A stretch of DNA of 64,000 nt from an uncultured Spirochaetota bacterium (GCA_963783575.1 CAWAOD010000009.1:384001-448000), one strand, 5' to 3'; positions 38,410 through 50,483 are shown, counted from the first letter of the stretch. Program-made: numbers and translations. The notes: generated from the sequence alone by a model not told the origin.

Positions 38410-39329
38410 GATTTCCGGCTTATGCGGAAGTCATGACCCGTAAATTTTTTACAGCCGCAGGATTCCCTGATGACTAATCCCGCCTTTAAATGGGTAATAC
38501 CGGGAACCGGTTTACCGTTGATTTTATCTATAAGCAGTTTCATTGCCAGAAAGGATTGATCGTTAAGCGGCTGAGCAACCGTTGTCAGAGGCGGTGTTAA
38601 ATATTGCGACTGTGCCATATCATCGAATCCCGTAATAGAAACATCATCAGGAACTTTTATGCCGTTTGATTTTAAAACATTTATCGCTGCATCTGCCATC
38701 ATATCATTAGAAGCAACAATTGCATTAAAGTCAGCATTTCTTTCTTTAAGCAGAATTTCCGTACATTTTTTCCCCGACGGGTTTGTAAAGTCCCCCGTTA
38801 TTACAAGATCAGGATCAAAACGGATATTGCATTCCGAAAGCGCTTCGCGATATGCGTCAAATCTCTCTTCTGCCTCAAAATTATTTTCGGGCCCCCGGAT
38901 AAAAGCTATTTTTCGGCGTCCATGCACATCTATGAGATGCCGGACGGCTTCCTTCATCCCTTTTTTGTTATCAATCAACAGGCTTGGTATGCCTGCTATT
39001 GGCATAGATAAACTTACGGCCGGGATTTTATTAAAAGGTTTGATAAGCCTGTCCAATTCCACCATACCGGATAAGACTGCTATTGTCCCGGAAGCCACAA
39101 CAATTCCGTCAAAAACTTTTAAATCGGCAAGTTTGTATACAATATTAAATTGATTGTCAAACTCGTTTGGTGAATTATATATTTTCCCGGTCAGAAAAAC
39201 AATATTTATGCCGTTTTCCTCGGCATAATCGGTTATACTTTTCCAGATCTGGTATTGGTACAAACCATCGAAATAGCTGATCAAAATACCGATTGTCAAT
39301 CTTTTCGTTGATTTAGATTCAGATTTCAT
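38406..39329 (-). CDS. LacI-type sugar-binding domain protein without HTH
   Basis: IDNKKG, HGRRKIAFIRGP, ASND, GFDD, PPLTTV and RESCG motifs; no N-terminal HTH. Confidence 0.85.
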   Translation of the reverse strand: MKSESKSTKRLTIGILISYFDGLYQYQIWKSITDYAEENGINIVFLTGKIYNSPNEFDNQFNIVYKLADLKVFDGIVVASGTIAVLSGMVELDRLIKPFNKIPAVSLSMPIAGIPSLLIDNKKGMKEAVRHLIDVHGRRKIAFIRGPENNFEAEERFDAYREALSECNIRFDPDLVITGDFTNPSGKKCTEILLKERNADFNAIVASNDMMADAAINVLKSNGIKVPDDVSITGFDDMAQSQYLTPPLTTVAQPLNDQSFLAMKLLIDKINGKPVPGITHLKAGLVIRESCGCKKFTGHDFRISRKS

Positions 39330-39368
39330 AAAACCATCACCAAGCACTCCAAACAACTTATTTAAGAA

Positions 39369-40076
39369 TTATTCCGGCCTGTCAATAAAAATAATACTCC
39401 CTCCGTCAACAAGAGGACCGTCATATAAAGTTACAATTTCAAATCCCGCTTTTTTGATAAAACTGCAAGCTTCAGCTTTATCCTTAATCGAATCAATATT
39501 TCCTATAAAAAAAACCTTATCTTCATAAACACCGCAAGTTCCGCCTAATAATCCGTTTTTAAAGTTATGCTTCCCCGGTATTTTGATTTGAACCGGGTTT
39601 ATATATAATGATTTCAATCCTTTTTTATTAAGAGCATCGAATATTCCATAATCCGATGTTAAAAAATATTTCCCTCCTAATGGCAGAAGGCTGCACCTTG
39701 CATAACCCTGTGAGACATTTATCTTCTCGCAATTTTCGGCCAGATTGATAAGTGTCCGATCGGTTATTTCCAGCTTATGTACAAAGAAATTGACGGATAC
39801 TGCCGCGTTGTAACAGGCGCTTGATGGGTATTCCTTTCCTATGAAAGATTTCCCGCAATGATATTTAATATTATGATCCTTAAGAATTTTTATATAATTA
39901 TCGGGAAGATTGGGAGGGATTACAAGAGTATCGCCGATCTTGCAGAAAAAAATATCCGGGTGGCAGGAAATAGCATCATATGTGATTCCCTCGGTTGAAA
40001 ACTCTATTAATTCACCGTATTTAGAAAGATTATCCATGGCTTTTAAAGGAATTCTACTGTCAATAATAATCAACAC
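39369..40076 (-). CDS. DUF6873-like hypothetical protein
   Basis: AISCHPDIF, YNAA, QGYARCS, GLLGG and L.DGGS motifs. Confidence 0.65.
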   Translation of the reverse strand: MLIIIDSRIPLKAMDNLSKYGELIEFSTEGITYDAISCHPDIFFCKIGDTLVIPPNLPDNYIKILKDHNIKYHCGKSFIGKEYPSSACYNAAVSVNFFVHKLEITDRTLINLAENCEKINVSQGYARCSLLPLGGKYFLTSDYGIFDALNKKGLKSLYINPVQIKIPGKHNFKNGLLGGTCGVYEDKVFFIGNIDSIKDKAEACSFIKKAGFEIVTLYDGPLVDGGSIIFIDRPE

Positions 40077-41070
40077 GGTATTCTCTTCCTGAAAGATTTG
40101 AATCTGTTTTAAATATTACTTTTTTGAATGACTTTTCCAGTAGTTTCCTGTTATCTGAGTTATAACCGACGGCATGGTTTATTTCATCGGGGTTGATAAA
40201 AATAGTAATCCCGCCTTCCGATTTTTTTTCAATAAGACTGCTGAAATTTTTCTTCCAGATTTCAGTCCGGACAAGCTCCCGGAATGAAGGATGGAATGGT
40301 CCCGCTGCCAGATTTTCACCTGTTAGAAGCCCCTCGGAAGGGTGAAGCCCCATCCGGATAACCGGTATGCCTGCCTTCTCGAAAATCCGGAAGATTTCGG
40401 ATGCCCAGCGGATGGCTTCGGACAAATCCAGTGGTTTATACTCTCCCCTGAGGTATATTTCTTCAAGTTCCGTCCGTTTTATGACAACAGCGGGATAAAT
40501 CCTGGTGCAGTCCGCTTTTAATTCGGTTATTTTTTCGGCGGTGTATATTGCTTTTTCAAGGCTGTCACCCGGAAGGCCTATCATCATTTGGAGACCGAGA
40601 TTTAAACAGGATTCTTTAATCAATAATGATGCCTTAATTATGTCCTCTGCTGTATGGCCGCGTCCGGACAAAAGTAAAACTTCATTGTCAAATGACTGGG
40701 CACCCAGTTCAACGGTTTTAACACCGTATTTCTTAAGAAGTTTTAACCCATCTTTATTAATAAAATCAGGCCTGGTCGATATTCTTACGGATTGGACAAA
40801 TTGTTTTTTTATAAAAGGTAAAACCACTTGAAGGTATTCTTCCTGAATTTCCAAGGAAAGTCCGGTAAAACTTCCCCCAAAAAATCCAACCTCGATTATA
40901 CTGTTTTCCTTTCTGACAGTTTGCAGATATTTTTCTATAATATCTGTAATATTATCCTGGGAATGGCTCAAAATTTTCCCTGTTATTTTATCCTGATCGC
41001 AAAAAACACAATTGAAAGGACAACCCAGGTGCGGGATAAATATTGGAATTGTATAATGTTTTATTTTCAA
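40060..41070 (-). CDS. Elp3-like radical SAM protein
   Basis: IPIFIPHLGCPFNCVFCDQ, FFGGSFT, STRPD, ELGAQS and GPFHP motifs. Confidence 0.9.
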   Translation of the reverse strand: MKIKHYTIPIFIPHLGCPFNCVFCDQDKITGKILSHSQDNITDIIEKYLQTVRKENSIIEVGFFGGSFTGLSLEIQEEYLQVVLPFIKKQFVQSVRISTRPDFINKDGLKLLKKYGVKTVELGAQSFDNEVLLLSGRGHTAEDIIKASLLIKESCLNLGLQMMIGLPGDSLEKAIYTAEKITELKADCTRIYPAVVIKRTELEEIYLRGEYKPLDLSEAIRWASEIFRIFEKAGIPVIRMGLHPSEGLLTGENLAAGPFHPSFRELVRTEIWKKNFSSLIEKKSEGGITIFINPDEINHAVGYNSDNRKLLEKSFKKVIFKTDSNLSGREYRVDYY

Positions 41071-41083
41071 ACTTTTTACCTGA

Positions 41084-42509
41084 TTATACCCGGATTTCCG
41101 ATTTGACACCGATAAACTCTTTGTTCTTTTCAAGAATCGGATCGACAAATTCCTTGATCATTTCCTCAGTCTGTTCCGAAGCCCGCCCTGTATAAGTCGA
41201 CAGGTTTCCGACCTTATCCCATGAGGAATCAGTTATATTAAATTTACCGCTTTTTTTCATTTCCGAAAGCATATCATAGGCTTCACCTTTACGGATTGCC
41301 TCTACCTGTTTCATCGCATACCGGCGGATTTCCTCGTGCAGTTCTTGCCTATTCCCTCCAGTGTTTTACCGCTTCCATCAGGATATTCTCGGTTGCAAAA
41401 AAAGGGAGATTATTCAGGAGATTTGTCCTGATAACCTCCGGGTAAACATTAAGCCCTTCGATGAGTTTCTGATATATGATCAGTATCGAATCGGCGGCAA
41501 GAAATCCCTCGGCTATGGATAAACGGCGATTGGCGGAATCATCAAGCGTTCTTTCAAGGAACTGGAAAGCATAAGTATAGACCGCGTTCATTACATCATT
41601 TATAACATACCGGGCAAGAGAAGTCATTCTCTCGGCCAGAATCGGGTTCCTCTTGTAAGGCATCGCCGATGAACCGACCTGGTTTTTATCAAATGGCTCC
41701 TCAACCTGCCATGAATGCTGCATCAGCCTGATATCGTTCGCTGCCCTGTGCGCTGATTGGGCGATACCCGAAAGTACTTCAAGCACCTGAACGTCTATTT
41801 TGCGTGTAAGCGTCTGGCCGCTCACAGGAACGCTTGATCCGAACCCAAGCTTTTCAGCAACAAGCTGGTCAAGTTTTTTAACTTTCAATCCGTCACCTTC
41901 GAAGAGCCTCCATAAAACTTGCCTGCGTACCTGTTGTTGCTTTAACTCCAAGTGTTGTCAGCGAAGACAATCTTGAATCAAGATCGATGTAATCAAGCAC
42001 CAGATCATATAGCCATATACTGATTCTCTTTCCCAGAGTCGTCGGCTGAGCCGGCTGGAGGTGGGTGTAAGCAAGTACCGGCATATCTTTATATTGCAGA
42101 CATTTTTCTTTAAGAGAATTAATAAGGGTAACAAGACGGCTCTTTACAAGGGTCAGCGCTTTTTTAGCTATGATCATATCTGTATTGTCATCAACATAAG
42201 CCGATGTTGCGCCAAGATGAATAATGCCCTTTGCTTTAACGGCAACTTCGCCGTAAGTCCGGATATGGCTCATTACATCATGGTGTATTTCTCTTTCTAT
42301 TTCACGGGCACGCTCAAGATTGAGATTTCCCCTGTTTTTTATAAGATCTTCGATCTGTTCATCCGTTATAGGAAGGCCGACTCTTTTTCAGCCTGAGCAA
42401 GGGCAATCCAGCAGTCACGCCAGCAAAGAAATTTGGTTTCCTCTGAAAACAGCTCAAGCATTTCTTTTGAAGCATAACGGGTTTCTAGCGGGTTTTTATA
42501 AACAGACAT
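41084..42509 (-). CDS. purB: Adenylosuccinate lyase (several frameshifts, probably assembly errors)
   Basis: NPLETRYAS, IIHLGATS, THLQPAQPTT, GSSAMPYKRNP and ERTLDDSANRR motifs over several frames. Confidence 0.85.
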
Positions 42510-42759
42510 AAATAAATCCTCAAATTTTAGATTTATTTATTATATCATTATTAATTAATTAAATAAATTATAAGACCGAAAATTAGCTATTTATTATAAT
42601 TTTTTACTCAGAATACCTAAATTCTAAACTAGTCCCTGCCATTGTATTGATTTATTTTAATTTTTCAGTTAAAATATAATAAAGTTGCTTCTTTATAGAA
42701 CCCTTTTTTAATAAAAATACAAATATTCAATTGTTCTATGTTTTTATCGGAGGGGGACA

Positions 42760-43857
42760 GTGCCGGATAACAATACCCTGGAAATGTCCCAGGCAATTGA
42801 ACTTAAAAAAAGCATATATCAATCACTCCGTGAAGGCGATCTTAATAAAGCCGAAGAGATTGCTCTTCGCGGGTTGGAAGAAGATTATCAGAATCCGGAA
42901 TATGAAAAATATTTAAAACTGATAAAATTCTGGCAAAACAGGCAGGATTTATTTGAATATAAAGAAAGCAGTGCAGAAAAATTAATTTCCGAATGGGATA
43001 AATTTCTTAAATTCTGCATAGAAAATAAAGTTGACTGCAAAAAAGCATTTATATCGATTAAAGATTTTATTTTCCGTAATATAATCGATCTATTAATCGA
43101 TTCTTACAGGCTTTCACCTGTCCCTGAAAGAGAGACTTTAATACTTTTAGGCCAATCTTTTTATGAGATCGGGATTCTTGACAGGGCAATCGAAACTCTT
43201 GAATATGCAATGTCAATTAATACTGATGATGAAGACGCCCGTATATTTACACTTTTGGGGAATTTATACAGCGAATGCGGTGAAAACGATCTGGCGATGG
43301 TCATGTTTAATGATGCTTTTTTAAAATTCCCTCAGTTAGTGAATTTAGATAATATAGATTTTCCATACATTGTTAAAATCAGGCAGATGGTATGCGATGA
43401 CGGATTTAATGAACATGAAGTACCAGAATGGATCCCTGTTTACGGTTATCTTTATGAAGGGCTTACAGTAAAAAGAAAGATGGAATACAAAGATTATATG
43501 GAACTTAAAGAAAGGGTAACCGATTACGAAAAGACCCTTAAAGTTGATAAAAAGGCAGCTAACATTATAATTCCAAGGCTTATTAATTATTATCTTTGGA
43601 TTCTGGATTATTTTTTGTATCAGGTGAATGCATTTGGTCCTGCGCAGAATGTTATTACAAGGATTCTGGATTTGATTGGAAATTTTCCCGGAGATATTAG
43701 GATCAAAGATAAAATTAAGGGAAAGGCATCCGTATTATTTAAAAATCTTATGGAAAGCAGGATTTCCGCCAGTAAGATCGTACAATCAGTCAGTAAGACG
43801 GATTTATCCACCGATAAGGCGGTGATATTCACCGGTAAGGAAAATAAACAGGTTTAA
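42760..43857 (+). CDS. Tetratricopeptide repeat protein
   Basis: TPR-like helices LGQSFYEIG..DRAIE and LGNLY..CGE; WIPVYG motif. Confidence 0.7.
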   Translation: MPDNNTLEMSQAIELKKSIYQSLREGDLNKAEEIALRGLEEDYQNPEYEKYLKLIKFWQNRQDLFEYKESSAEKLISEWDKFLKFCIENKVDCKKAFISIKDFIFRNIIDLLIDSYRLSPVPERETLILLGQSFYEIGILDRAIETLEYAMSINTDDEDARIFTLLGNLYSECGENDLAMVMFNDAFLKFPQLVNLDNIDFPYIVKIRQMVCDDGFNEHEVPEWIPVYGYLYEGLTVKRKMEYKDYMELKERVTDYEKTLKVDKKAANIIIPRLINYYLWILDYFLYQVNAFGPAQNVITRILDLIGNFPGDIRIKDKIKGKASVLFKNLMESRISASKIVQSVSKTDLSTDKAVIFTGKENKQV

Positions 43858-43869
43858 TCGGGAGTTGTT

Positions 43870-44781
43870 ATGCCAATAATAGCAGTAGGTTCGCTGGCGT
43901 TTGACAGTATTAAAACCGTTGAGGGTGAAAGGCACAGGATATTAGGCGGTTCACTAACACATTTTATAAATGCATCGAGTTTTTTATCCAAACCTAAACT
44001 CATAGCCGTGGTTGGCAGTGATTTTACCGAAAAAGAATGGGATTTTGTCAAATCAAAATCATCCGATATTTCCGGTATCGAAGTACTTTCCAATGAAAAA
44101 TGTTTTTATTGGGAAGGCTGCTACAGTGAGGATTTTGACCGCGCCGATACAATAAAGACTGAATTGAACGCCTTTGCCAAATTTGCCCCGGTTGTTCCGG
44201 AAAGTTATAAAAAAGAAACCGGCATTCTTTTTCTTGCAAATATCGACCCGGTAATACAGAGGCAGGTCGCCGATCAATGCACTAATTGCCGGTTTAAAAT
44301 CCTTGATACTATGAATTACTGGATAAACAATACACGGGAAGACCTTGAAAAAGCATTTGAAGCTGTTGATGGGATAACTATCAATGAGGGAGAAGCGCTG
44401 CTTTTAACCGGTGAAAAAAATCTTTTAAAAGCAGTAGAAAAGCTGTTTTTATCACATTTCAAACTGATAATTTTGAAAAAAGGGTCCAATGGCGTTATGG
44501 TTTTCGGTGAGGATTTCACGATAACGCTACCGTCTTTTCCGTTGAAAAAAATCGTAGATCCTACCGGGGCTGGCGACAGTTTTGCCGGTGCCTTTATGAG
44601 TTTTATCGATGTTTATAACATAACAAAATTTACCCGGGAGAATATGAAAAAAGCTGCAGCTTATGCGTCGGTTGTAGCTTCTTATGCCGTTGAAGATTTC
44701 GGCCTTGATGGCATCAATAAAATAACAATGAGAGATATTAAAAATAGACTGAGAGAATTTAGAAAAATGGTGGTTTTTTAA
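43870..44781 (+). CDS. PfkB family carbohydrate/nucleoside kinase
   Basis: VGSLAFD, FLANIDP, DTMNYWI and DPTGAGDSFAG motifs. Confidence 0.9.
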   Translation: MPIIAVGSLAFDSIKTVEGERHRILGGSLTHFINASSFLSKPKLIAVVGSDFTEKEWDFVKSKSSDISGIEVLSNEKCFYWEGCYSEDFDRADTIKTELNAFAKFAPVVPESYKKETGILFLANIDPVIQRQVADQCTNCRFKILDTMNYWINNTREDLEKAFEAVDGITINEGEALLLTGEKNLLKAVEKLFLSHFKLIILKKGSNGVMVFGEDFTITLPSFPLKKIVDPTGAGDSFAGAFMSFIDVYNITKFTRENMKKAAAYASVVASYAVEDFGLDGINKITMRDIKNRLREFRKMVVF

Positions 44782-44814
44782 TGAAAAGATATTTTAGGAG
44801 GAGAGGAATTAATC

Positions 44815-47527
44815 ATGGCGGATAATGTTATAAAGAAAAAAGAAGATATATTGCTTGACATTGAAGAAAAACTAAAAGAGGAAAAATGGACACGAGCAGC
44901 CATTGAAAGCTACAGCGTTAAAAATTTTATAGAACTGGACAGCTATATCCGTATCGCGATCGATGAGAATTTTAAAGATGAACTGAAGAATCTTTGCCGG
45001 GAAAATTTGAAGCATTACCAGAACAGCGTTGTCGGGCTTTATCTTATCGGAGTATTATCGCTCGAAGAATCGGCTGTTGACGATACTCATATCCCCCAGA
45101 TAATCAAACTTTTTATCGATAATAAAAAATATAAAATCGCCGAATTCCTTGCCGAGAAAATACTTTCTTACAGAGAAAATAAATTTGCGCTTAAAACTCT
45201 TGAAATGGTTTATGAAGGATATGGTAACCAGGACGAACTCTTTAATATCAAAAAAAGGCTTGTACTTATTGACAACAGGGACGCAAGCAACGCGAAATTC
45301 CTCGGCGAATATTACGAAAAGGAAGGCGATAAAGACCAGGCGATGTTTTATTACCGGCTTGCAATTGAAAGATATATCTCATTAAAGAGCGTAAAAATGG
45401 TGGAAGAAACTCTGGAATAAAGTTATCAAGCTCTATCCCGAAGATCCGAATCTTGTAATTAGCATGTCCAGGAAGATTCGCGAAGTACTGGGCGATGAAC
45501 GCGTGGCCGATATGGTTTACAATGATTTTATAAGGCCGGCAATGAAGAATGAAAATTTCACGGATGCGATCAAGGTGCTAAAGGTGATCATCGATTTCAA
45601 ACAGGCTGATAAACAGCTCCGTAAAGCGATTGAAGACTGTTATAAAAATGTATATTCCGATCATACCCAGCTGGATAAATATTTAAAGCTTTCTGCTATC
45701 GGACAGAGCTGGAAACCTCACAAAGAAGCCATAAGGCTTTTTGAAACGCATATAGCCTTCGATAAAGGTATTTACGTTTCTCATAAAAGCTGGGGCATCG
45801 GTGTTGTTAAGGAAATTCAGAATGAAAAGGTAATCATTGATTTCGAGAATAAAAAGGATCATGAAATGTCGCTTGAAGTTGCGCTCCGGGCTCTTAACAT
45901 TTTAAACGGCGATAATATAATAGTCTGGAAAAAATTCAAGACAGAAGAACTGGAGTATACTCTTAAAGAAGAGCCTTTAAATGTTATTGAAATAATACTG
46001 CGCAGCCAGAATGGGTCTGCCGCGACTTCAGAAATAAAGAATTATCTTGTTCCGGATCTGATAAAGGATTCCGAGTGGAATAAATGGTGGGTATTTGTTA
46101 AAAAACAGATGGAAGGCAGTAATACCCTTGTCCAGAATTTTTCAAGAAGAAATATCATTGAGCTTCGCGACAGTGAACTGACTATGTCTGAAGAAATAAT
46201 AAGCAAGTTCAAGAAGACCACGAACTTTGAGAATAAAGTTAAGCTTTTAATCGATTTTATTAACCGGGGAGGCGATATTAATTCCGTATCCGCTTCGGCG
46301 ATGCTGTCGTATTTTACGGAAATTATTAATGCCCTGAGTGAATCCAACGAAAAAAAGCTTATCTCGCTTGTTGCTTTAAAATTCGCGAACTATCAGGAAT
46401 ACAGCGATAATATGGTCGATACATCCATTATTTTCGGAATAAAAAACCTGCTTGATTTTTATATTGCCCTGGAAATTGATCTTAAAAAACCTTTTCTGCA
46501 GATCCTTATGAAAAAATTAAAAGACTGGGAAATTAAATTCGCAGATTTTATCACCCACTCAAATTTCACAAAATTAGACAGGTTTATGCTGAACGAACTG
46601 GAGATTTTTGAAAAATTCGATGTGATTAACGGGATATTCGTATCTTCTATGAACGGTTTTCAGGAAAATCCTGAGCTTTTTGTATGGTTTTCCAAGGTAA
46701 TTCTTGATGAAAGCGAATCATCCCTAAAAAATACCATCGGGATCAAAGAAAGCGAAGTGATATTCAGGCTGCTGTCATTACTGGATATCCTCAATACCGA
46801 GATTGAATCCAAAACAAATGTGGGCAGGAACAAGAAAATTATTTCGGGTATTTATGATATTTTATTTAAAAAGAAAATACTTGCAGATGTAATTGACCAC
46901 TCGGATGAAACCACTGTTAAATCTCTGCTATCTCTCGTTTATTCAACAATGACTTTGGAAGAAGGCATTAAAGAAGAATATGTAAATAAAATTATTGCTC
47001 TTTACCCTAACCTGAAAAAGCTTGATAAACAGGAAAAAATCAAGATAAGGCATCCGTTCCTTGTAACTAAAAGCTCTCTGGAAGCTAAAAAAAGGGAATT
47101 ATCCCGCCTTATGACGGCAGAAATACCGGAAAACAGCAAGGCCATCGGGGAAGCGATGGAAAAAGGCGATTTAAGGGAAAACGCCGAGTATAAAGCGGCT
47201 CTGGAAAAGCAGGACCAGCTTAAAGCCGGCGCATCAAAGCTTGAGGCGGATATTAACCAGGCAAAAGTTCTTGATAAATCCCTTGTGAATACATCGATAG
47301 TTGATGTCGGCACTAGGGTGGTTGTGAAAACAGGGAAAAATGATAAAGAAATTTATCAAATACTCGGCCAGTGGGATGTTGATTTTAAGAAAAATATTAT
47401 TTCTTACCATTCGCCGCTTGGGAAAGCCCTGCTTGATAAAAAAGTCGGTGATACTATAAACTTTGAATTTAACGGCGAGATAAAGAAATTTGAAATAAGT
47501 GAGATCGCCCTTGCGGATTTTGAATGA
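44815..47527 (+). CDS. greA: Spirochaete-type long transcription elongation factor GreA (frameshift near 45410, probably an assembly error)
   Basis: C-terminal GDLRENAEYKAA and ISYHSPLGKALL motifs; removing one A in GAAGAAACTCTGG joins the two ORFs. Confidence 0.85.
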
Positions 47528-47607
47528 TTGATTAAACTTGATAGATTACTATATAAAGTTTTTCATTTGGAAAGATTTAGCCATGAAAAATATTTAAGGA
47601 GGGGCAC

Positions 47608-47874
47608 ATGCTGCCGCAGCCGTTTCCTATATTAATACAGATTATCGTCGGGGGTATTGCAGGATTTTATTATGTTAGAATAATAAAAAGGCCTGTTTTT
47701 GGAAATTTATGGGGGTCAATAATTGTCGGAGTTATCGGCAGCGTTCTAGGGGGCTTTTTCCTGGACAGGATTATAGGCTTTCTTGTACAGAATCCGTTAA
47801 CTGTTGATTTTGTTGCGACATTTTTTGGGGCGTTTTTACTTATCTGGTTATTTTCAAAATTGGCGCATCAATAA
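47608..47874 (+). CDS. GlsB/YeaQ/YmgE family membrane protein
   Basis: Three Gly-rich TM helices; IIVGVIGSVLGG motif. Confidence 0.75.
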   Translation: MLPQPFPILIQIIVGGIAGFYYVRIIKRPVFGNLWGSIIVGVIGSVLGGFFLDRIIGFLVQNPLTVDFVATFFGAFLLIWLFSKLAHQ

Positions 47875-47897
47875 TTTTTTATTTGAGGGAGAAATAT

Positions 47898-48302
47898 ATG
47901 GCTAATGAATTGGATGAAGTAAAGGTTGGTACAATAGCAACACGGTCTCCTTTTACCGTAAGAGCGGATATGCCCGTATCGAAAGCTGCTGAAAGAATGC
48001 TGAGAGAAAAGGTTCATAATCTTGTGGTGACCGATAAAGATAATAAAGCTGTTGGAGTTATATCGGCCTGGGATGTATTGAAAATTGCTTTCCTTTCGGA
48101 GTCTGGCAGGGAACTGCCGGTATCAAAGCTGATAGAGGGTCAGAAAATGGTCTTTGTTTACACAGAAGTTACTCTTAGAGACGCTCTTGATCTGATGATA
48201 AATAAAAATATTCGGGCTTTGCCCGTCCTTGATGAAAAGGATAATCTTTACGGAAAAATCAGCCTTACTGATATTGCAGTCTTCGTCCGTGATAAAATGT
48301 AA
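47898..48302 (+). CDS. CBS domain protein
   Basis: Two CBS repeats (LVVTD..GVIS.WD; LPVLD..GKIS.TD). Confidence 0.9.
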   Translation: MANELDEVKVGTIATRSPFTVRADMPVSKAAERMLREKVHNLVVTDKDNKAVGVISAWDVLKIAFLSESGRELPVSKLIEGQKMVFVYTEVTLRDALDLMINKNIRALPVLDEKDNLYGKISLTDIAVFVRDKM

Positions 48303-48431
48303 AATAAGAGATTTAATTTCAGTAGCGTTTGAATAAAAATAAAGTTCTCGCAACAGAAACATCAAGCTTAAAATCAACATTAACAGTAAATTATTAAATG
48401 GATGCAACATAATGTTGCCCAGGAGTTTAGA

Positions 48432-50483
48432 ATGGGAAAATATCTTGTGACTTCTGCTCTGCCGTATGCGAATGGCCCTGTTCATCTCGGCCACCTGGCC
48501 GGGGCGTATCTTCCGGCTGATATTTTTGTCAGGTACAGAAAATTAAACGGGGATGATGTTGTATATATGTGCGGAACAGACGAGCATGGCGTACCTATAA
48601 CGCTCCGTGCGGATAAAGAAGGCATTACTCCCAGGGATGTAGTGGATAAATATCACCGTGAAATCAAGGAAAGCTTTTATAAAATGGGGATAAATTTTGA
48701 TAATTTTTCAGGGACTTCAAGGCAAAAGCATTATGAACTTTCACAGCAGTTTTTTACCGATCTTTACAAAAACAATTACATAACGGAAAAAACAGAAGAG
48801 CAATTTTATGATGAAAAGCGTAAGCGCTTTCTGCCTGACCGTTATATAGAAGGAACCTGTCCGCACTGCGGTTATGACAAGGCCAGGGGCGATCAATGTG
48901 ATAAATGTGGTAAACTTCTGAATCCCATTGAATTAATCAATCCGCGCAGCGCATTATCCGGAGAAAAGCCGGTAATAAAAAAAACAAAGCACTGGTATTT
49001 GAAACTGCAGGATTTTGAAAAAAAGCTTACCAATTGGCTAAATAAAAAAGAAAACTGGAAAGACAATGTTCGGAATTTTGTTCTTGGATGGATCGGTAAA
49101 GAGGGTTTGAAGGAAAGGGCGATTACCCGGGATATAGATTGGGGTGTTCCTGTTCCTCTTGAAGGCGCCGTAGGCAAGGTTCTCTATGTCTGGTTTGACG
49201 CCCCGATAGGTTATATTTCCTCGACAGTAGAATGGGCCGAAAGGATCGGAAGACCGGACAAATGGAAAGATTACTGGCTTGACAGTGAAACTAGGCTTGT
49301 TCATTTTATCGGAAAGGATAATATTCCGTTTCATGCAATAATATGGCCGGCAATGCTGATGGGCCAGAACTCACCTTTTGTTTTACCTTATGATATTCCC
49401 GCTAACGAGTATTTAACCCTGGAAGGCGAAAAATTTTCCACTTCTCAAAACTGGGCGGTCTGGGTTGATGAATATCTTGAAAATTTTCCGCCGGATCCCC
49501 TGAGGTATTTTCTTGCCTCGAATGCTCCAGAGAGTAAGGATGCGGATTTTTCATGGAAAGCATTCCAGACTAGAAATAATGAAGAAATCGCCAATATTCT
49601 CGGCAACTTTGCAAACCGTACCCTCACTTTTATCAATAATTTCTGCGAGGGTAAGGTACCTGAAGGAGTTTACGGCCCGGAAGAAAATGAGATTTTCAAA
49701 TCCCTAGAAGAAAAAGTAAGCGAGCTTGTTAAATGTTATGAAACTTATAAAGTTCGTGAAGCCTCAAAACTTATGATGGATATTGCCAGGATAGGAAATA
49801 AGTATTTTGATGATACCAAGCCCTGGTTCTTAAATAAAAATGACCCGGAACGCCTTAAAAAAGTAATGAATATGTGCATGAATATACTCAGAATACTTAC
49901 TGTTGCGATGTACCCCATAATTCCGTTCTCCTCAGAAAAACTCTGGAGGATGATCGGGGAGGAAGGTGATATTTTAAAAGAAAGATGGAATAGCCTTGCA
50001 GCTCAGAGAATCAACCCAGGGCAGAAAATCGGGAAACTGGAAATTCTTTTTACTAAATATGACAATCCTCTTATTCAAAAACAGATAGACAGATTAATCA
50101 GTAAATCGAAACAGAAATCCGGTGAAAATATTGAGATGGAACACAGTATAAATACAAAAGTTACAATTGATGATTTCAAGAAATTTGATCTTCGCGTCGC
50201 GGAAATCCTTGAAGCTTTACCTGTGGAAAAATCAAATAAACTTCTAAAACTTAAGATCAAAATCGGAGATACGGAAAAACAGATTTTGGCCGGGATAAAG
50301 CAGTTTTATACCCCAGATCAATTGAAAGGCAGAAAGATTGTCATAATAAATAACCTTGAGCCTGCGAAACTTATGGGGGAAACCTCCGAGGGTATGATGC
50401 TTGCTGCGAGTAACGCGGACAAATCCAGGGTTATCTTTTTAACCCCCGAATCCGATGTCGAGAGCGGCGCAAAAATAAGCTAA
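48432..50483 (+). CDS. metG: Methionine--tRNA ligase
   Basis: ALPYANG.HLGH, GTDEHG, Zn knuckle, KFSTS and C-terminal tRNA-binding domain. Confidence 0.97.
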   Translation: MGKYLVTSALPYANGPVHLGHLAGAYLPADIFVRYRKLNGDDVVYMCGTDEHGVPITLRADKEGITPRDVVDKYHREIKESFYKMGINFDNFSGTSRQKHYELSQQFFTDLYKNNYITEKTEEQFYDEKRKRFLPDRYIEGTCPHCGYDKARGDQCDKCGKLLNPIELINPRSALSGEKPVIKKTKHWYLKLQDFEKKLTNWLNKKENWKDNVRNFVLGWIGKEGLKERAITRDIDWGVPVPLEGAVGKVLYVWFDAPIGYISSTVEWAERIGRPDKWKDYWLDSETRLVHFIGKDNIPFHAIIWPAMLMGQNSPFVLPYDIPANEYLTLEGEKFSTSQNWAVWVDEYLENFPPDPLRYFLASNAPESKDADFSWKAFQTRNNEEIANILGNFANRTLTFINNFCEGKVPEGVYGPEENEIFKSLEEKVSELVKCYETYKVREASKLMMDIARIGNKYFDDTKPWFLNKNDPERLKKVMNMCMNILRILTVAMYPIIPFSSEKLWRMIGEEGDILKERWNSLAAQRINPGQKIGKLEILFTKYDNPLIQKQIDRLISKSKQKSGENIEMEHSINTKVTIDDFKKFDLRVAEILEALPVEKSNKLLKLKIKIGDTEKQILAGIKQFYTPDQLKGRKIVIINNLEPAKLMGETSEGMMLAASNADKSRVIFLTPESDVESGAKIS

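Noticed and set aside
45400..45470. Programmed frameshift in greA
   Set aside because: No slippery heptamer or stimulatory structure is visible, and similar indels in cysS and purB point to sequencing error.
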